Source: Fibrobacterales bacterium
GTDB lineage: Bacteria; Fibrobacterota; Fibrobacteria; Fibrobacterales; JAOPTW01
Length of the DNA stretch: 64,000 nt
NCBI GenBank assembly: GCA_051532035.1
Contig: JAOPTW010000036.1
Span: 64,001 to 128,000 of the forward strand
Direction of reading: 5' to 3'
Positions 50,269 through 61,263 of the stretch are shown in pieces (within the stretch, counting starts at the first letter, position 1; the number at the start of each line of letters is the position of its first letter). The translations under genes were made by a program, and so were the position numbers. The notes beneath the pieces are model-generated. The model was not told where the DNA came from and ran no database searches. It saw nothing but the letters and a program-made list of their open reading frames with translations.

Positions 50269-50430
50269 AATTTATGAGTTCACAATAAAAACAACAAAAA
50301 AGGCCCTTTAATCGACAATTAAGACCTTTTTTGTTAAAATAATGTTTCGAGTAAGAAAAGTTATAAAAACCATTTGGTCTCTCACAATTTGAATATATAT
50401 TGATGATACACAAATTAATCTGGGGAGATT

Positions 50431-50574
50431 ATGAAGATTCAAATATATCAGCGACCCAAAAAATTTGCTAATCCTTCAGTAGCATTTCTTTTTCCCTATG
50501 CTACCATACTCATGGCCTTATCCGCTGTATTTTGGGGTGGTGCAGCTCTGCTCATCCATAGAATAATGAGCTAA
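50431..50574 (+). CDS. small membrane protein (47 aa), not in the ORF track
   Basis: GGGGAG-ATT-ATG; MKIQIYQRPKKFANPSVAFLFPYATILMALSAVFWGGAALLIHRIMS*; fills the gap before the dtd stop. Confidence 0.55.
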   Translation: MKIQIYQRPKKFANPSVAFLFPYATILMALSAVFWGGAALLIHRIMS

Positions 50575-50589
50575 ACACCCATTTTCCGC

Positions 50590-51060
50590 TTAGGAACGAC
50601 CATCTCGATTTTTTGAATCAATAACGAGGGTTACCGGGCCATCATTAATCAGAGATACCTTCATGTCTGCTGCAAACACACCCTCTTTTATAACGCCAAG
50701 ATACCCCAATCTGAGTCGACCCATAAAAGTACTATAGAGTAGTTTTGCCTCTTTTGGTGGTGCTGCTCGGCTAAATGATGGGCGTGTTCCTTTATTTACA
50801 ACTCCAAACAGAGTAAACTGACTCACCACTAATAGCTCGCCAGATATATCAGCTACACTTCGATTCATAAAGCCTTCAACATCATCAAAGATACGTAACT
50901 GTGTTATCTTCTTAATAATCCAATCCATATCATCAAGGGTGTCGCCTGGAGCCATGCCTGCAAGGAGTACAAGCCCTGAACCAATAGATTCAATCTGTTC
51001 ACTACCAGTACTTTGTATGGTGACCGAAGCCTCTAATACCCGCTGTAGTACTATTTTCAT
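50590..51060 (-). CDS. dtd: D-aminoacyl-tRNA deacylase
   Basis: VLQRV..ASV, LRIF.D, VSQFTL, G.RPSF, NDGPVT. Confidence 0.95.
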   Translation of the reverse strand: MKIVLQRVLEASVTIQSTGSEQIESIGSGLVLLAGMAPGDTLDDMDWIIKKITQLRIFDDVEGFMNRSVADISGELLVVSQFTLFGVVNKGTRPSFSRAAPPKEAKLLYSTFMGRLRLGYLGVIKEGVFAADMKVSLINDGPVTLVIDSKNRDGRS

Positions 51061-51950
51061 TATTGAAAAAGAGAGCTGTCTTGAGTAAGTGTATCAACTA
51101 ATGCTGAATCGAGGGCTTGCTGGTCCGCCAAAGTATCAACAGTCACCGTATCGATTGGTTCGATCAAATTCTCCTCCTCGCGCTCTCGAATAATAGGAAT
51201 ATCTTCAAGGAGAGAGTCGTCTACATCAATATCACTATCTTTGGTACGTACTGAATAGCCAGAGGTATAGTTATAAACCTTAATTTCAGATTCAAAAGTT
51301 GGACTGTATAAAAGCAGCTCCAAGGTATTCATAAGATACGCAGCCCATTCAGTTGCCCACTGCAGTCGAGATTGGCTTGAATGGATCCATGCCTTTGGAT
51401 TGAAACTCTCTTCACTATGATACCGGACTACAAATCGAGGGTTACCCTTTGCTAAAGACTCATATATGTGTTTAACACGCCCTGACATATGTTTGCGCGT
51501 ATAAAGAACGACCTCTTTAACTTCTTTGGTTCGCAAAAAGGGTATGATGATCTCTGCCTCTTCAAGAAGCGTTTCTGCATCATGGTAAAAATAGTAGAGG
51601 CGATCTTTATCAAATTCCTCGAGCTTTAATTCGTTAAGGGCAATATCTGCAGCGGATACCGATTTTAAAATGGGAGACCCAGAAAGTATAACCCGTTTTA
51701 TATCCATGGCACCGAGGTCTTCAACAAGAGCACTATACCCCGCTTCGAGCCCACCTTCAGCAGTTATTACCAACCCACACTCAACTGAATCATACACATC
51801 ATCGACCACAAGGAGATTACCTGATATGCGTACCCAAAAAGGAATAGAAAAAAGAAGAACCACAAGCCCTATAAAAAAATAGGGCATTGTCCCCTTACTC
51901 CAGAGAGCGGGGCGTTCTCGCTTTTTTTGAGGTATATACCGTCTATTCAC
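51060..51950 (-). CDS. membrane-anchored hypothetical protein, YdcF/DUF218-like
   Basis: One TM helix then LVVDD, VILSG, T.EEA, H..R, E-W pattern; acidic tail. Confidence 0.5.
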   Translation of the reverse strand: MNRRYIPQKKRERPALWSKGTMPYFFIGLVVLLFSIPFWVRISGNLLVVDDVYDSVECGLVITAEGGLEAGYSALVEDLGAMDIKRVILSGSPILKSVSAADIALNELKLEEFDKDRLYYFYHDAETLLEEAEIIIPFLRTKEVKEVVLYTRKHMSGRVKHIYESLAKGNPRFVVRYHSEESFNPKAWIHSSQSRLQWATEWAAYLMNTLELLLYSPTFESEIKVYNYTSGYSVRTKDSDIDVDDSLLEDIPIIREREEENLIEPIDTVTVDTLADQQALDSALVDTLTQDSSLFQ

Positions 51951-51958
51951 TTAATATC

Positions 51959-54751
51959 CTACGAACAGGTACAAATTAAATTTCTATCACCATGTGCGTC
52001 ATCAATACGGGCAACAGTAGGCCAAAGTTTATACTCTTTGAGCCATTCAGCAGGATATGCAGCCTTCTCCCGAGAATAAGGAAACCCCCAACTATCAGCA
52101 GTGAGTTGCATTCGTGTATGAGGCGCATTACTGAGTGGATTATTACCTTTTTCCCATTCACCATTTTCTATTGCGGTAATCTCATCAAAAATAGTGAGGA
52201 GCGCAGTACAAAATCTATCGAGTTCCGCTTTATCTTCACTCTCTGTTGGCTCTATCATGAGCGTACCAACAACGGGAAATGAAACTGTTGGAGCGTGAAA
52301 TCCAAAATCCATAAGGCGTTTAGCTACATCAACTGCCCCTATTTCAGTACTCTGTTTAAACTGCCGGCAATCAATGATAAATTCATGCGCACATGTATCA
52401 TTGCTCCCTGTATAGAGAACCGGATATGATGCAGACAATTTTTTCATGAGATAATTTGCATTGAGTATTGCTGCAGCAGTAGAACGCCTCAACCCCTCTG
52501 CCCCAAGCATAGTAATATACGCATATGAGATCACTAGAATTGAAGCACTACCAAATTCAGCAGCAGAAACATTAAGATCGTTTAAGAATGGTTTTAATGT
52601 GTCATTAACACATATTGGGCCCATTCCTGGGCCACCACCACCGTGAGGTATTGCAAAGGTTTTATGGAGGTTCAAGTGACATACGTCTGCCCCAATAAAG
52701 CCGGGGTTTGTATACCCCACTTGAGCATTCATATTGGCACCATCAAGATAGACCAATCCACCATTATCATGAATCAACTGACACACCTCAGTAACCGACT
52801 CTTCAAATACCCCATGGGTAGATGGGTAGGTTATCATAAGACCTGCAAGATGTTCTGTATGTTTCTCTACTTGTAGTGTCAAATCATCCGTATCAATATT
52901 ACCGTGAAGATCACATTTAACAACCACCACTTTAAATCCTGCCAATGCAGCACTTGCTGGGTTCGTCCCATGAGCCGATGCAGGAATAAGTACTATGGAG
53001 CGATCAGAGCCTTGAGCTTTGTGATAATCACGAATGAGTTTTAAGCCTGCATACTCGCCTTGAGCACCCGAATTTGGTTCAAATGAGACGCCAGTAAAGC
53101 CCGTAATAGCGCAGAGGTATTCACCCAATTCATCAATCATTTGATGATACCCTTTTACTTGGTCAGTCGGAGCGTGAGGATGGATTGAACCAAGACGTGC
53201 CCAACTGAGAGGGAGCATCGAAGCCGCCGAGTTTAATTTCATGGTACACGATCCTAATGCAATCATAGAGTGCACGAGGGAAATATCTTTTAACTCAAGC
53301 CGTTTTAAATAGCGAGTCATAAGATGTTCTGATTGATACCGATTAAAAACCTCATGGTGCATATACGCAGATTCACGAGCCAGAGCCCCGACAAGTGGCG
53401 AGGGAGCAGTATCTTGCAGCGCCACCTCTTTACCAGTATAGTTACAAAGAATTGAGGCAATAGACTCAAGTGCATCATCATCAGTAGTCTCATCAAGTGT
53501 GATTCCTACTCTATTGTCAGCCCCATAATAGAAGTTACAACCCGCCTCTTCTGCAATCTCTTTTAGTCGATTCGGTTCATCAACTGTTATTGAAAGCGTA
53601 TCAAAAAATGCACTATTACTTTGAGCAATACCCAGTCCCCCGAGAAGGGTATTCAAGCGGCACGCTTGATTGTGTACCGAGTTCGCTATGGCCTTCAATC
53701 CTACGGGGCCATGATATACTCCATAGGCTGTTGCCATTACTGCAAGAAGAACCTGAGAAGTACAAATATTTGAAGTCGCTTTCTCTCGGCGAATATGTTG
53801 CTCACGCGTTTGGAGCGACATTCTATAGGCTTTGTTGCCTTCTCGGTCAATTGATTCTCCTATGATACGCCCGGGAAGTTGTCGCTTGTAAGACTCTTTT
53901 GCTGAAAAATACGCCGCGTGAGGCCCACCATATCCCATGGGAATTCCAAAACGCTGTGTCGATCCTAGAACAGCATCAACACCCCATGTCGCTGGTTCTT
54001 TGAGTAGTGCAAGACTTAAAATATCAGCAGCTACTGCAACCTGAATTTCACTCTCTTTTAACTGAGCTACTACTCCACTATAATCAGTGACTGCTCCATG
54101 AGCAGTCGGGTATTGAAGCAAGACGCCAAAGACCTCTTTATTTTTTTCAAGATCCGCAAGGTCCCTATTAGGATCACCAATAACAATGGTAATATTGAGG
54201 GGTTCTGCACGAGTCTGGAGCACGTCAATGGTTTGTTGAAAACAGCCAGCATCAACAAAAAAAGTATGAGCCTTTTTCTTTGGACGAGGAACTGACCTAT
54301 AAAACATAGTCATCGCTTCTGCTGCTGCAGTAGCTTCATCAAGTAGAGATCCATTTGCGATTTCAAGCCCAGTCAATTCAGTAATCATAGTCTGAAAATT
54401 AACCAACATCTCCAAACGCCCCTGAGAAATTTCAGCTTGATAAGGAGTATATGCAGTATACCATGCAGGATTTTCTAAAATGTTACGCTGTATTACCGGA
54501 GGAAGAATGGTATTATAATAGCCCTGTCCAATATTAGACTGAAAGACATTATTTTGCCCTGATATCTGTGCAATTTTTTGAAGGGTCTGGTGCTCACTGA
54601 GCCCTTCAGGTATAGGCCCTAATGAGTCTGTTCTTATTCCTGCGGGTATGGTCTTTTCGATAAGTGCATCTATTGACCCAACGCCAATGTCACGAAGCAT
54701 CGCCTCTTGATCAGTACTGCTTATCCCTATATGTCTATCTGCAAAATTCAT
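51959..54751 (-). CDS. gcvP: glycine dehydrogenase (decarboxylating), P protein
   Basis: YTPYQAEISQGRLE, REKATSNICT, LGSCTMKLN, HLNLHKTFAIPHGGGGPG. Confidence 0.97.
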   Translation of the reverse strand: MNFADRHIGISSTDQEAMLRDIGVGSIDALIEKTIPAGIRTDSLGPIPEGLSEHQTLQKIAQISGQNNVFQSNIGQGYYNTILPPVIQRNILENPAWYTAYTPYQAEISQGRLEMLVNFQTMITELTGLEIANGSLLDEATAAAEAMTMFYRSVPRPKKKAHTFFVDAGCFQQTIDVLQTRAEPLNITIVIGDPNRDLADLEKNKEVFGVLLQYPTAHGAVTDYSGVVAQLKESEIQVAVAADILSLALLKEPATWGVDAVLGSTQRFGIPMGYGGPHAAYFSAKESYKRQLPGRIIGESIDREGNKAYRMSLQTREQHIRREKATSNICTSQVLLAVMATAYGVYHGPVGLKAIANSVHNQACRLNTLLGGLGIAQSNSAFFDTLSITVDEPNRLKEIAEEAGCNFYYGADNRVGITLDETTDDDALESIASILCNYTGKEVALQDTAPSPLVGALARESAYMHHEVFNRYQSEHLMTRYLKRLELKDISLVHSMIALGSCTMKLNSAASMLPLSWARLGSIHPHAPTDQVKGYHQMIDELGEYLCAITGFTGVSFEPNSGAQGEYAGLKLIRDYHKAQGSDRSIVLIPASAHGTNPASAALAGFKVVVVKCDLHGNIDTDDLTLQVEKHTEHLAGLMITYPSTHGVFEESVTEVCQLIHDNGGLVYLDGANMNAQVGYTNPGFIGADVCHLNLHKTFAIPHGGGGPGMGPICVNDTLKPFLNDLNVSAAEFGSASILVISYAYITMLGAEGLRRSTAAAILNANYLMKKLSASYPVLYTGSNDTCAHEFIIDCRQFKQSTEIGAVDVAKRLMDFGFHAPTVSFPVVGTLMIEPTESEDKAELDRFCTALLTIFDEITAIENGEWEKGNNPLSNAPHTRMQLTADSWGFPYSREKAAYPAEWLKEYKLWPTVARIDDAHGDRNLICTCS

Positions 54752-54810
54752 TTTTTCTTTCCCGGTTGCTCACAACCCTGTTAATTTGTGACTCAGATTG
54801 CCACCCACTG

Positions 54811-56526
54811 TTAGTTATTTTTCTTCAGTATGGTTACTGTTGTTCCCTTACGATCAAAATAGACATGATCCATGTAGAACTGAACAAGAAGTAACCCATA
54901 TACTTTTACTTCACTGTCGATGTTATCCGAGCGGACAATTTTACTATAGTCAAACCCAGGACCTTTATCAGAGACCGATAATTTAAAGATCTCTTTTGAA
55001 ATTGAGTATGCAATGGTTGCCTTTTTAGTGGTATCACCATTGTGAGCATGCTCAAATGCATTTATCACTACTTCCATAGTTGCACTAATAATATTAGAGA
55101 TGGTAGTAGCTTTGTAGTTTAATTCATGGAGGTCTTTAATGACATCCTGTAAAAATTGATCAAGTTCCTCTTTAGTCGAAAAACGTATCCTTCTAATATG
55201 ATCACCTTCTATAAAGTGATTGAGGTAGGTAAAGCGTTCAGCACGGCTCTTCTTTTTAATCTCCATAACCAAAAAGGTACGGTCGTCATCAACGTGCCAA
55301 TCAGTCACCTGGTCGCGAAGCTTTCTATTCACTTCATGATAGAGCTCATCTATAGGAAAGTGAATAGTCTCTTCAATTATTTTAACGTACTGCTTGTAAG
55401 CAATTGCATTACTCTTTGATACTGAATAACACCCATCGGTAAAAAAGACCACCTTGTCACCTTCAGAAAGTTGTACAGTGTCTTGTTGATATTCTGGGTT
55501 TTCAAACAGACCTAAAAAGAGCCCTTTACTATCAAGAGTCATCACCTCTCTATTTTTAGAATAGAGGAGTGGATAGGGATGGCTCGCACGAACATATTGA
55601 AAAACGTTGGTATCGAGATCAAGTACCCCATAAAAACCTGTGAGATAGTATCCAGAACAGAGCTGATCTCTCAAATCCTCATTCATTACATTGAAGAGCT
55701 CGACTGGTGAGTGAATAGATTTTGCATGAGCCGCTAAACTCATCTTTGCCAGTGCCCCAACCAGTGCTGCCGGAAGTCCGTGGCCCGATACATCAGCAAT
55801 AAATATTCCAATTTTATAATCACTGAGTTTCACAATATCATAGAGGTCACCACCAACGAGGTCAAAAGGTTCGTAGAGCGACCAAAAGTCAACACCGGGA
55901 AGATCGGGAATCGACTTAGGTAACAAACCTTGTTGAATTTCGCGGGCCATTGCTTGCTCATGATCTCGCAATTCAAGGTTTATTTGAATCTCGCGTTGAG
56001 CGGCTAACAGTTCACTATTCTTTTCTGTGAGTTCCTGAGCCGACTGTTTAAAACGGTCTTTCTGTTTTTCGAGTTCTTGTTGAGTTAGGTAGAAGCTCGT
56101 TACATCTTTTTTAATCTCCATAACCTGTTCAACAGTTTCACCCACAAAAATAGGGTGAAAATACGTTTCATATATTACCTGATGTCCATCATTCTCAATT
56201 TTTTCATGACCCAAAAATTGAGTCTCTCTTTTTAGAAATGCTTTGGCCAACATTGAGCGGCGATGAAAATCTTTTTCAAACAATTTACCATAATTGGAAT
56301 GGACTACAGAACGGATAGGTTCATTAATAGTAGAAGCATAAAGTTCATTGCAACGCAGTACCGTAAAATCTCGAGAGATGAGTGCAACTGGTTCGAGCAG
56401 GTCAAAAATATCCTGTAGCTCAGTTTTAATCTGCTTAGTTTTATTTCGTGAAAAAAGCAGCTTAAATATCGTCACCAATGCAGCAACCGGTATAATATAC
56501 CACCAATACTCTAACATAGCGCCCAT
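54811..56526 (-). CDS. membrane-anchored PAS + SpoIIE/PP2C phosphatase + RsbW-like HATPase fusion
   Basis: AREIQQGLLP, VGGDLYD, IADVSGHG, FTDG, DDRT; C-terminal E..INA.EH, V.DKGPGFD. Confidence 0.87.
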   Translation of the reverse strand: MGAMLEYWWYIIPVAALVTIFKLLFSRNKTKQIKTELQDIFDLLEPVALISRDFTVLRCNELYASTINEPIRSVVHSNYGKLFEKDFHRRSMLAKAFLKRETQFLGHEKIENDGHQVIYETYFHPIFVGETVEQVMEIKKDVTSFYLTQQELEKQKDRFKQSAQELTEKNSELLAAQREIQINLELRDHEQAMAREIQQGLLPKSIPDLPGVDFWSLYEPFDLVGGDLYDIVKLSDYKIGIFIADVSGHGLPAALVGALAKMSLAAHAKSIHSPVELFNVMNEDLRDQLCSGYYLTGFYGVLDLDTNVFQYVRASHPYPLLYSKNREVMTLDSKGLFLGLFENPEYQQDTVQLSEGDKVVFFTDGCYSVSKSNAIAYKQYVKIIEETIHFPIDELYHEVNRKLRDQVTDWHVDDDRTFLVMEIKKKSRAERFTYLNHFIEGDHIRRIRFSTKEELDQFLQDVIKDLHELNYKATTISNIISATMEVVINAFEHAHNGDTTKKATIAYSISKEIFKLSVSDKGPGFDYSKIVRSDNIDSEVKVYGLLLVQFYMDHVYFDRKGTTVTILKKNN

Positions 56527-56945
56527 TGCATTACCATTGCTGCCTCTCCATCGTTGTAATACCCTTTTCGGGTACCTACATTAGTAAATCCACTTCGTTT
56601 ATACAATCGTTGAGCTGCAGTATTCCCCTCTCGTACTTCGAGAAAAATCGAGATAACCTGCTCTTGCTTCATCCAATCGATATGATACTCCAATAACGCT
56701 CTCCCGACCCCTTCTCCACGCCTGTTAGCGGTGATTACTATAAGTAGAAGTTCTGCTTCTGGTGCTATGTTTCGCATAATTGAAAAACCATACACCTCCA
56801 TATCTTCGACTACAACACATGATGAGAGCGGATTATTAATCTCAAACTCAAACTGTTGTCTACTCCAGGAATCACTCCCTCTTTGGGAATCAAGTTTGGC
56901 CATAATGGCACAATCACTCTCACAAGCAAAGCGGAATTTTGTCAT
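56511..56945 (-). CDS. rimI: ribosomal protein S18 alanine N-acetyltransferase
   Basis: WS, RRGEGVGRALL, LEVR.GN.AA..LY...GF....RKGYY. Confidence 0.88.
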   Translation of the reverse strand: MTKFRFACESDCAIMAKLDSQRGSDSWSRQQFEFEINNPLSSCVVVEDMEVYGFSIMRNIAPEAELLLIVITANRRGEGVGRALLEYHIDWMKQEQVISIFLEVREGNTAAQRLYKRSGFTNVGTRKGYYNDGEAAMVMQWALC

Positions 56946-57117
56946 GAAAAAAAGTTAGAAAATATTTGTCAGATGATAGCAAGCAATAGTGATTCAGTAC
57001 AGGGAGTCGGGCTTTATTTCCATCTTTTACCCTGCAAGTGTATTAAGCATAGCAGCACTGTTATATTATACACAGCGGTGACTTACTCCCGATGTTTCGG
57101 GAGTGCCCTTAATGCCA

Positions 57118-57753
57118 CTATTTTGCGTAGGGCTCTTGGATATAGTTTGGAACAGCCTTATCGACGGCAACAGGGCCAAGTACCCCAAAAAACAGAGCAT
57201 AATTCTTTAACGAGAATTCGGCCCAGAGATCTTGTACCGATTCAGCAGAGAGCTTTGCCAACAATTCAGCTTCCATTTCAGTATCGATCAAAAGATGATG
57301 ATGGGGCTGTACAAATGCTAATAGCTCTTCGGTGGTCATAAGAACTTCTGTTGAAAGTGCTTTGCTTAAGGGTTCATTAGCGTCTCGGACACCTACATAA
57401 TAGATGCCAGGTTTTGAACGGCATATAATAATATTCTTAGAGTCACTCCGTACTCCAGTTGCCAAGGCAGCCAATGTTGATACAGTAAATAGCTCCCGTT
57501 TACCACTAAAACAGAGTCCTTGCGCAAAGGCAAGTCCAACGCGAAGCCCAGTAAAAGACCCGGGTCCTAAAGTAATCAGAACGCGCTTAATTTCATCCAT
57601 AGTTGAGTGGCTCTCTCTAAGCCCCTCTGCCAGAAGGTCACTTAAAATTTCCCCTCGGCCCTTCTCTATTTTCTTTTGAAAGAGCTCTTCACCTTGAATA
57701 TAGATTCCAAGAGCGACGTCTCTCAGGGATGTCTCAATAATTAAATCTTTCAT
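57118..57753 (-). CDS. tsaB: tRNA threonylcarbamoyladenosine biosynthesis protein TsaB
   Basis: IETS, GPGSFTGLRVG, VSTL, terminal P.Y. Confidence 0.9.
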   Translation of the reverse strand: MKDLIIETSLRDVALGIYIQGEELFQKKIEKGRGEILSDLLAEGLRESHSTMDEIKRVLITLGPGSFTGLRVGLAFAQGLCFSGKRELFTVSTLAALATGVRSDSKNIIICRSKPGIYYVGVRDANEPLSKALSTEVLMTTEELLAFVQPHHHLLIDTEMEAELLAKLSAESVQDLWAEFSLKNYALFFGVLGPVAVDKAVPNYIQEPYAK

Positions 57754-58763
57754 TTTTTTAAACTCTCTTCAATAATGGTATCGAGTAATTGTGAAAAGCT
57801 CAGTCCTGCATAGTCAGCTGCTTGTGGTAGTAGCGACTGAGGCGTCAGTCCCGGCAATGAATTGGTCTCAAGGGCCAATACTTGGTCACCAATTATCATA
57901 AAATCTGTTCTGGAGTATACTTCCATCCCAAGTGCTTTATGGCTTTTTTCAGAGAACATCTGCATCTTCTTGGTAATCTGAGGAGTAAATTTACCTGGTG
58001 TTACCTCTTGACTTTTACCTTGATATTTGGCCTCGAAATCAAAAAACTCTGTTTCAGGGATAATTTCTGTCACCGGGAGTGGATTCTTGCCTTCAAGATA
58101 GGCAGAGGTCCCCTCTCTTCCCGAGATAAATTCCTCAATAAGCAGTTCATCTACATCGGTGAAAAGTTGTTCAATAACCTCTAATGCCTCTGTTTCACTC
58201 TTTGCAATACCAATACCAATAGAAGATCCACCCAGGGGGTTTTTAATCACCAAGGGTAGCGGAATTTGTTGAATTATCACCCCTATATCTGAAGGGCGAA
58301 ACTGCGACTTTTCTATTACACCCCACGAAGGCGTTGGAATGAGTGCCTCTTGATAGATTTTCTTAGTAGAAATTTTATTCAGGGTCTGAGCAGATGCCGT
58401 TACACCCGAACCTGTATATGGAATTTCAAGGATTTCCATCAATTTTTGTACTCGACCATCTTCACCAAAGGCACCATGGAGTGCCAAAAATGCACAATCA
58501 ATGAGAGGAAGTGCACTCAGTGATGGTGGAGTAGCAGTACACAAATCTAAACGACCTGAGAATTGATCAATTGAAAAGTTCTCACACTCGTCTGGTAAAA
58601 GTGGACACGTTGGCCAATGCCATTTGCCATCACGATCAATCCATATGGGGAGAACCGAGTATTTACTCTGGTCGAGGTTTCTTACAACTTCACTACCCGA
58701 AACTAGAGAGACGTCATATTCTAATGACGGCCCTCCAATAAGCACTGCAATCTTTTTAGCCAT
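57750..58763 (-). CDS. ddl: D-alanine--D-alanine ligase
   Basis: GGPS.E.DVSL.SG, LHG.FGEDG, GSSIG, FDFEAKY, ETNSLPG.T..SL. Confidence 0.93.
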   Translation of the reverse strand: MAKKIAVLIGGPSLEYDVSLVSGSEVVRNLDQSKYSVLPIWIDRDGKWHWPTCPLLPDECENFSIDQFSGRLDLCTATPPSLSALPLIDCAFLALHGAFGEDGRVQKLMEILEIPYTGSGVTASAQTLNKISTKKIYQEALIPTPSWGVIEKSQFRPSDIGVIIQQIPLPLVIKNPLGGSSIGIGIAKSETEALEVIEQLFTDVDELLIEEFISGREGTSAYLEGKNPLPVTEIIPETEFFDFEAKYQGKSQEVTPGKFTPQITKKMQMFSEKSHKALGMEVYSRTDFMIIGDQVLALETNSLPGLTPQSLLPQAADYAGLSFSQLLDTIIEESLKK

Positions 58764-60147
58764 TGATTTTATTAAATACGTATGATTGTAGATCTGATAT
58801 TTTAATACGCTCTTGAGTCATGGTATCACGATCACGCACAGTAACACTTTCATCGTCAATAGTGTCAAAGTCAACAGTTACACAAAGTGGCGTACCCAAT
58901 TCATCCTGTCTACGATACCGCTTACCAATTGATTGAGTCTCATCGTATTCAGCACCCCAGTTTTTCAAAAGGTCTTCATAAATGCCTTTTGCTTTACTCT
59001 GAAGTGGCTCTTTCTTAGAAAGAGGGAGCACCGCAACTTTAACTGGAGCAAGTGATGGATGAAATCTGAGTACCACACGCTCGTCACCATTTTCCAATGT
59101 TTCAACATCATATGCATCAACAAGTACGGTCAAAAGAAGACGGTCAACACCGAGTGCTGGCTCAACTACGTAGGGAAGATACTTTTTATTTTCTATTTGA
59201 TCATGATAGCGCAAATCTTTTCGAGAATGCTCCATATGAGCCTTCAAATCAAAGTCTGTTCTAGAAGCAATTCCCCAAAGTTCTCCCCAGCCAAACGGAA
59301 AGTCGTATTCGATATCTGCTGTAGCATTAGAGTAGTGTGAAAGTTCTTTATCGGTGTGAGCACGAAGTCTCAATTTTTCTCCGGTAATTCCGAGATCTTT
59401 TATGAGCCAATCCATACAGAACTGTTTCCAAAAGTTATACCACTCAATTTCAGTTCCTGGTTCACAAAAATATTCCATCTCCATCTGCTCGAACTCACGA
59501 GTTCTAAAGATAAAGTTCCCTGGAGTAATTTCATTCCGGAAACTTTTACCAATTTGGCCAACGCCAAATGGAATTTTTTTACGGCAGTTTTCAGCAATAG
59601 TTTTAAAATTAATGAAGATACCTTGTGCCGTTTCGGGGCGAAGGTATACACTTTGAGCACTATCTTCAACAACACCAATAGATGTTTTAAACATAAGATT
59701 GAAAGCACGAGGCTCTGTGAAGTCACATGCTTTACAGCTTGGACAAGGAAGTTTATTTTCGGTAACGAGTGAAAATATTTCATCAAAGGTTTTACCAATA
59801 GCAGCGTCTTCGCCAAGGTGCGTTTCAACAAGGTGGTCCCCGCGAACACGCTCTTTACACTCTTTACAATCCATAAGAGGGTCTGAAAAATTACCGACGT
59901 GACCAGACGCTTCCCACACTTTTGGGTTGAGAAGAATTGATGAATCGAGACCGACAACATCAGGACGTGCGGTAACAAACTTTTTCCACCACAGATCTTT
60001 AATATTTTTCTTAAGATCGACACCATAGGGTCCATAATCCCAAGTGTTAGCAAGTCCATCATAAATCTCTGACCCTGCAAAGATAAAACCTCTTCTTTTA
60101 CAGAGCGATACAATATCTTTCAATGAATCCATTAATTTAGTAGCCAT
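58756..60147 (-). CDS. glyQS: glycine--tRNA ligase (homodimeric type)
   Basis: [49 protein letters not shown]. Confidence 0.97.
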   Translation of the reverse strand: MATKLMDSLKDIVSLCKRRGFIFAGSEIYDGLANTWDYGPYGVDLKKNIKDLWWKKFVTARPDVVGLDSSILLNPKVWEASGHVGNFSDPLMDCKECKERVRGDHLVETHLGEDAAIGKTFDEIFSLVTENKLPCPSCKACDFTEPRAFNLMFKTSIGVVEDSAQSVYLRPETAQGIFINFKTIAENCRKKIPFGVGQIGKSFRNEITPGNFIFRTREFEQMEMEYFCEPGTEIEWYNFWKQFCMDWLIKDLGITGEKLRLRAHTDKELSHYSNATADIEYDFPFGWGELWGIASRTDFDLKAHMEHSRKDLRYHDQIENKKYLPYVVEPALGVDRLLLTVLVDAYDVETLENGDERVVLRFHPSLAPVKVAVLPLSKKEPLQSKAKGIYEDLLKNWGAEYDETQSIGKRYRRQDELGTPLCVTVDFDTIDDESVTVRDRDTMTQERIKISDLQSYVFNKING

Positions 60148-60158
60148 CGTGTTCCTTT

Positions 60159-60362
60159 TTATAACTCGGTAATAGAGCCCATAGGTTTAGACTCATCAAA
60201 AAAGTCCTCCTTAAAATAAAGAAATCCTTCCTCATTATTGGAGTACTCTTGAGCATATTGTTCAAAATAGAAGCGAAGTGCAGTTTCTTGGCTCTCAAGT
60301 TCAACAACTTTCTGAACCGTCCCCTGCTTTTCGGAATAATGTGCAATTACAAACCGGGCCAA
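60159..60362 (-). CDS. small acidic hypothetical protein upstream of glyQS
   Basis: TTG start preceded by GAGG, 67 aa, ends just before the glyQS RBS. Confidence 0.55.
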   Translation of the reverse strand: MARFVIAHYSEKQGTVQKVVELESQETALRFYFEQYAQEYSNNEEGFLYFKEDFFDESKPMGSITEL

Positions 60363-60449
60363 AATGCCTCATTTCGCTTATTCGTTAATTTGGGTGAAAT
60401 ATAGAAAAGAATAGGGTTTCAGATTTTAGATTTTCTGATTTGAGAATAG

Positions 60450-60477
60450 AAAAGGGTAATTTTATGCAAATTACCCT
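60450..60477 (-). terminator. intrinsic terminator
   Basis: Minus strand AGGGTAATTT-GCATA-AAATTACCCT-TTT. Confidence 0.6.
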
Positions 60478-60512
60478 ATCATCTCATAATTTGATCTTTC
60501 CGAAGTGGTAAT

Positions 60513-61250
60513 TTAGAGTCCAGCTTCTTTTTTTAGCCCTGAAGGAAGTGCAAATGTGCTTTTTGCAACCTCTTCTTTTTTGATACTCTGCCAAGTGACT
60601 TCACTTTTATCGCCCTTTTTAGAGGTAACTCGTACAGGAAACCCTTTTGTTCTAAGGATATCTTCGCTAAAATACTGAGCAAGTTCTGCTTGTTTATTCT
60701 GCTTCGCAAGATCTTCCATATATGAAGAGAGCTGCTTAAGAGAAGAGAAATCTTCAATTGTTAAGCCAAGAGCTTTAATTGGGGTAAGACAAAGAAGTGA
60801 TGTTACCGAGCCATTTGTTACTTCATTATACTCGTTACACGACCAAACACCAGACTGAGCCCCTTTTTTCTTCAGCTTCAACTCAACTTTGACATCTGCA
60901 CTTGGAAGCGCTCCACCCATCATCTGAGCCATCATCTCACGCTGTGCTTTGGGCATATTTTTCATCTGAGCTTGTAGCATAGCCAACTGCTGCTTAATGT
61001 TGTCCAGATCTTGTTTAGTAAACTCTACATATGATTTCTTCTGGTTATTAATAATCCAAAAAAGAAATTTATCGGCTTTAAAAATGATAGTCTGATCAGT
61101 CTTTTTAGAGGTAATGTCAATTTTAACCCCAGCATCAGAGAGCTTTATCTCAATATCTTGTTTGTCAGAACCTGTAACATTTAAACCCTTCATTGCAACA
61201 CCTGCAAATGAGAGTGAACAAATAATCAATACCGCCAATACAATTTTCAT
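60513..61250 (-). CDS. secreted DUF4412-like protein
   Basis: AAGGA RBS, signal peptide, IN..KKSY.E, G.W.C..Y, GFPVR, F.LP.G. Confidence 0.65.
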   Translation of the reverse strand: MKIVLAVLIICSLSFAGVAMKGLNVTGSDKQDIEIKLSDAGVKIDITSKKTDQTIIFKADKFLFWIINNQKKSYVEFTKQDLDNIKQQLAMLQAQMKNMPKAQREMMAQMMGGALPSADVKVELKLKKKGAQSGVWSCNEYNEVTNGSVTSLLCLTPIKALGLTIEDFSSLKQLSSYMEDLAKQNKQAELAQYFSEDILRTKGFPVRVTSKKGDKSEVTWQSIKKEEVAKSTFALPSGLKKEAGL

Positions 61251-61263
61251 AGTTTCCTTAATG

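Noticed and set aside
54752..54810. Glycine riboswitch upstream of gcvP
   Set aside because: Only 59 nt intergenic; no GGAGA/CTCTCAGG aptamer motifs; only a short TCACAA/TTGTGA inverted repeat
59400..60113. 237-aa alternative-frame ORF inside glyQS
   Set aside because: Fully nested in a conserved essential gene, no recognisable motifs; codon-bias artefact
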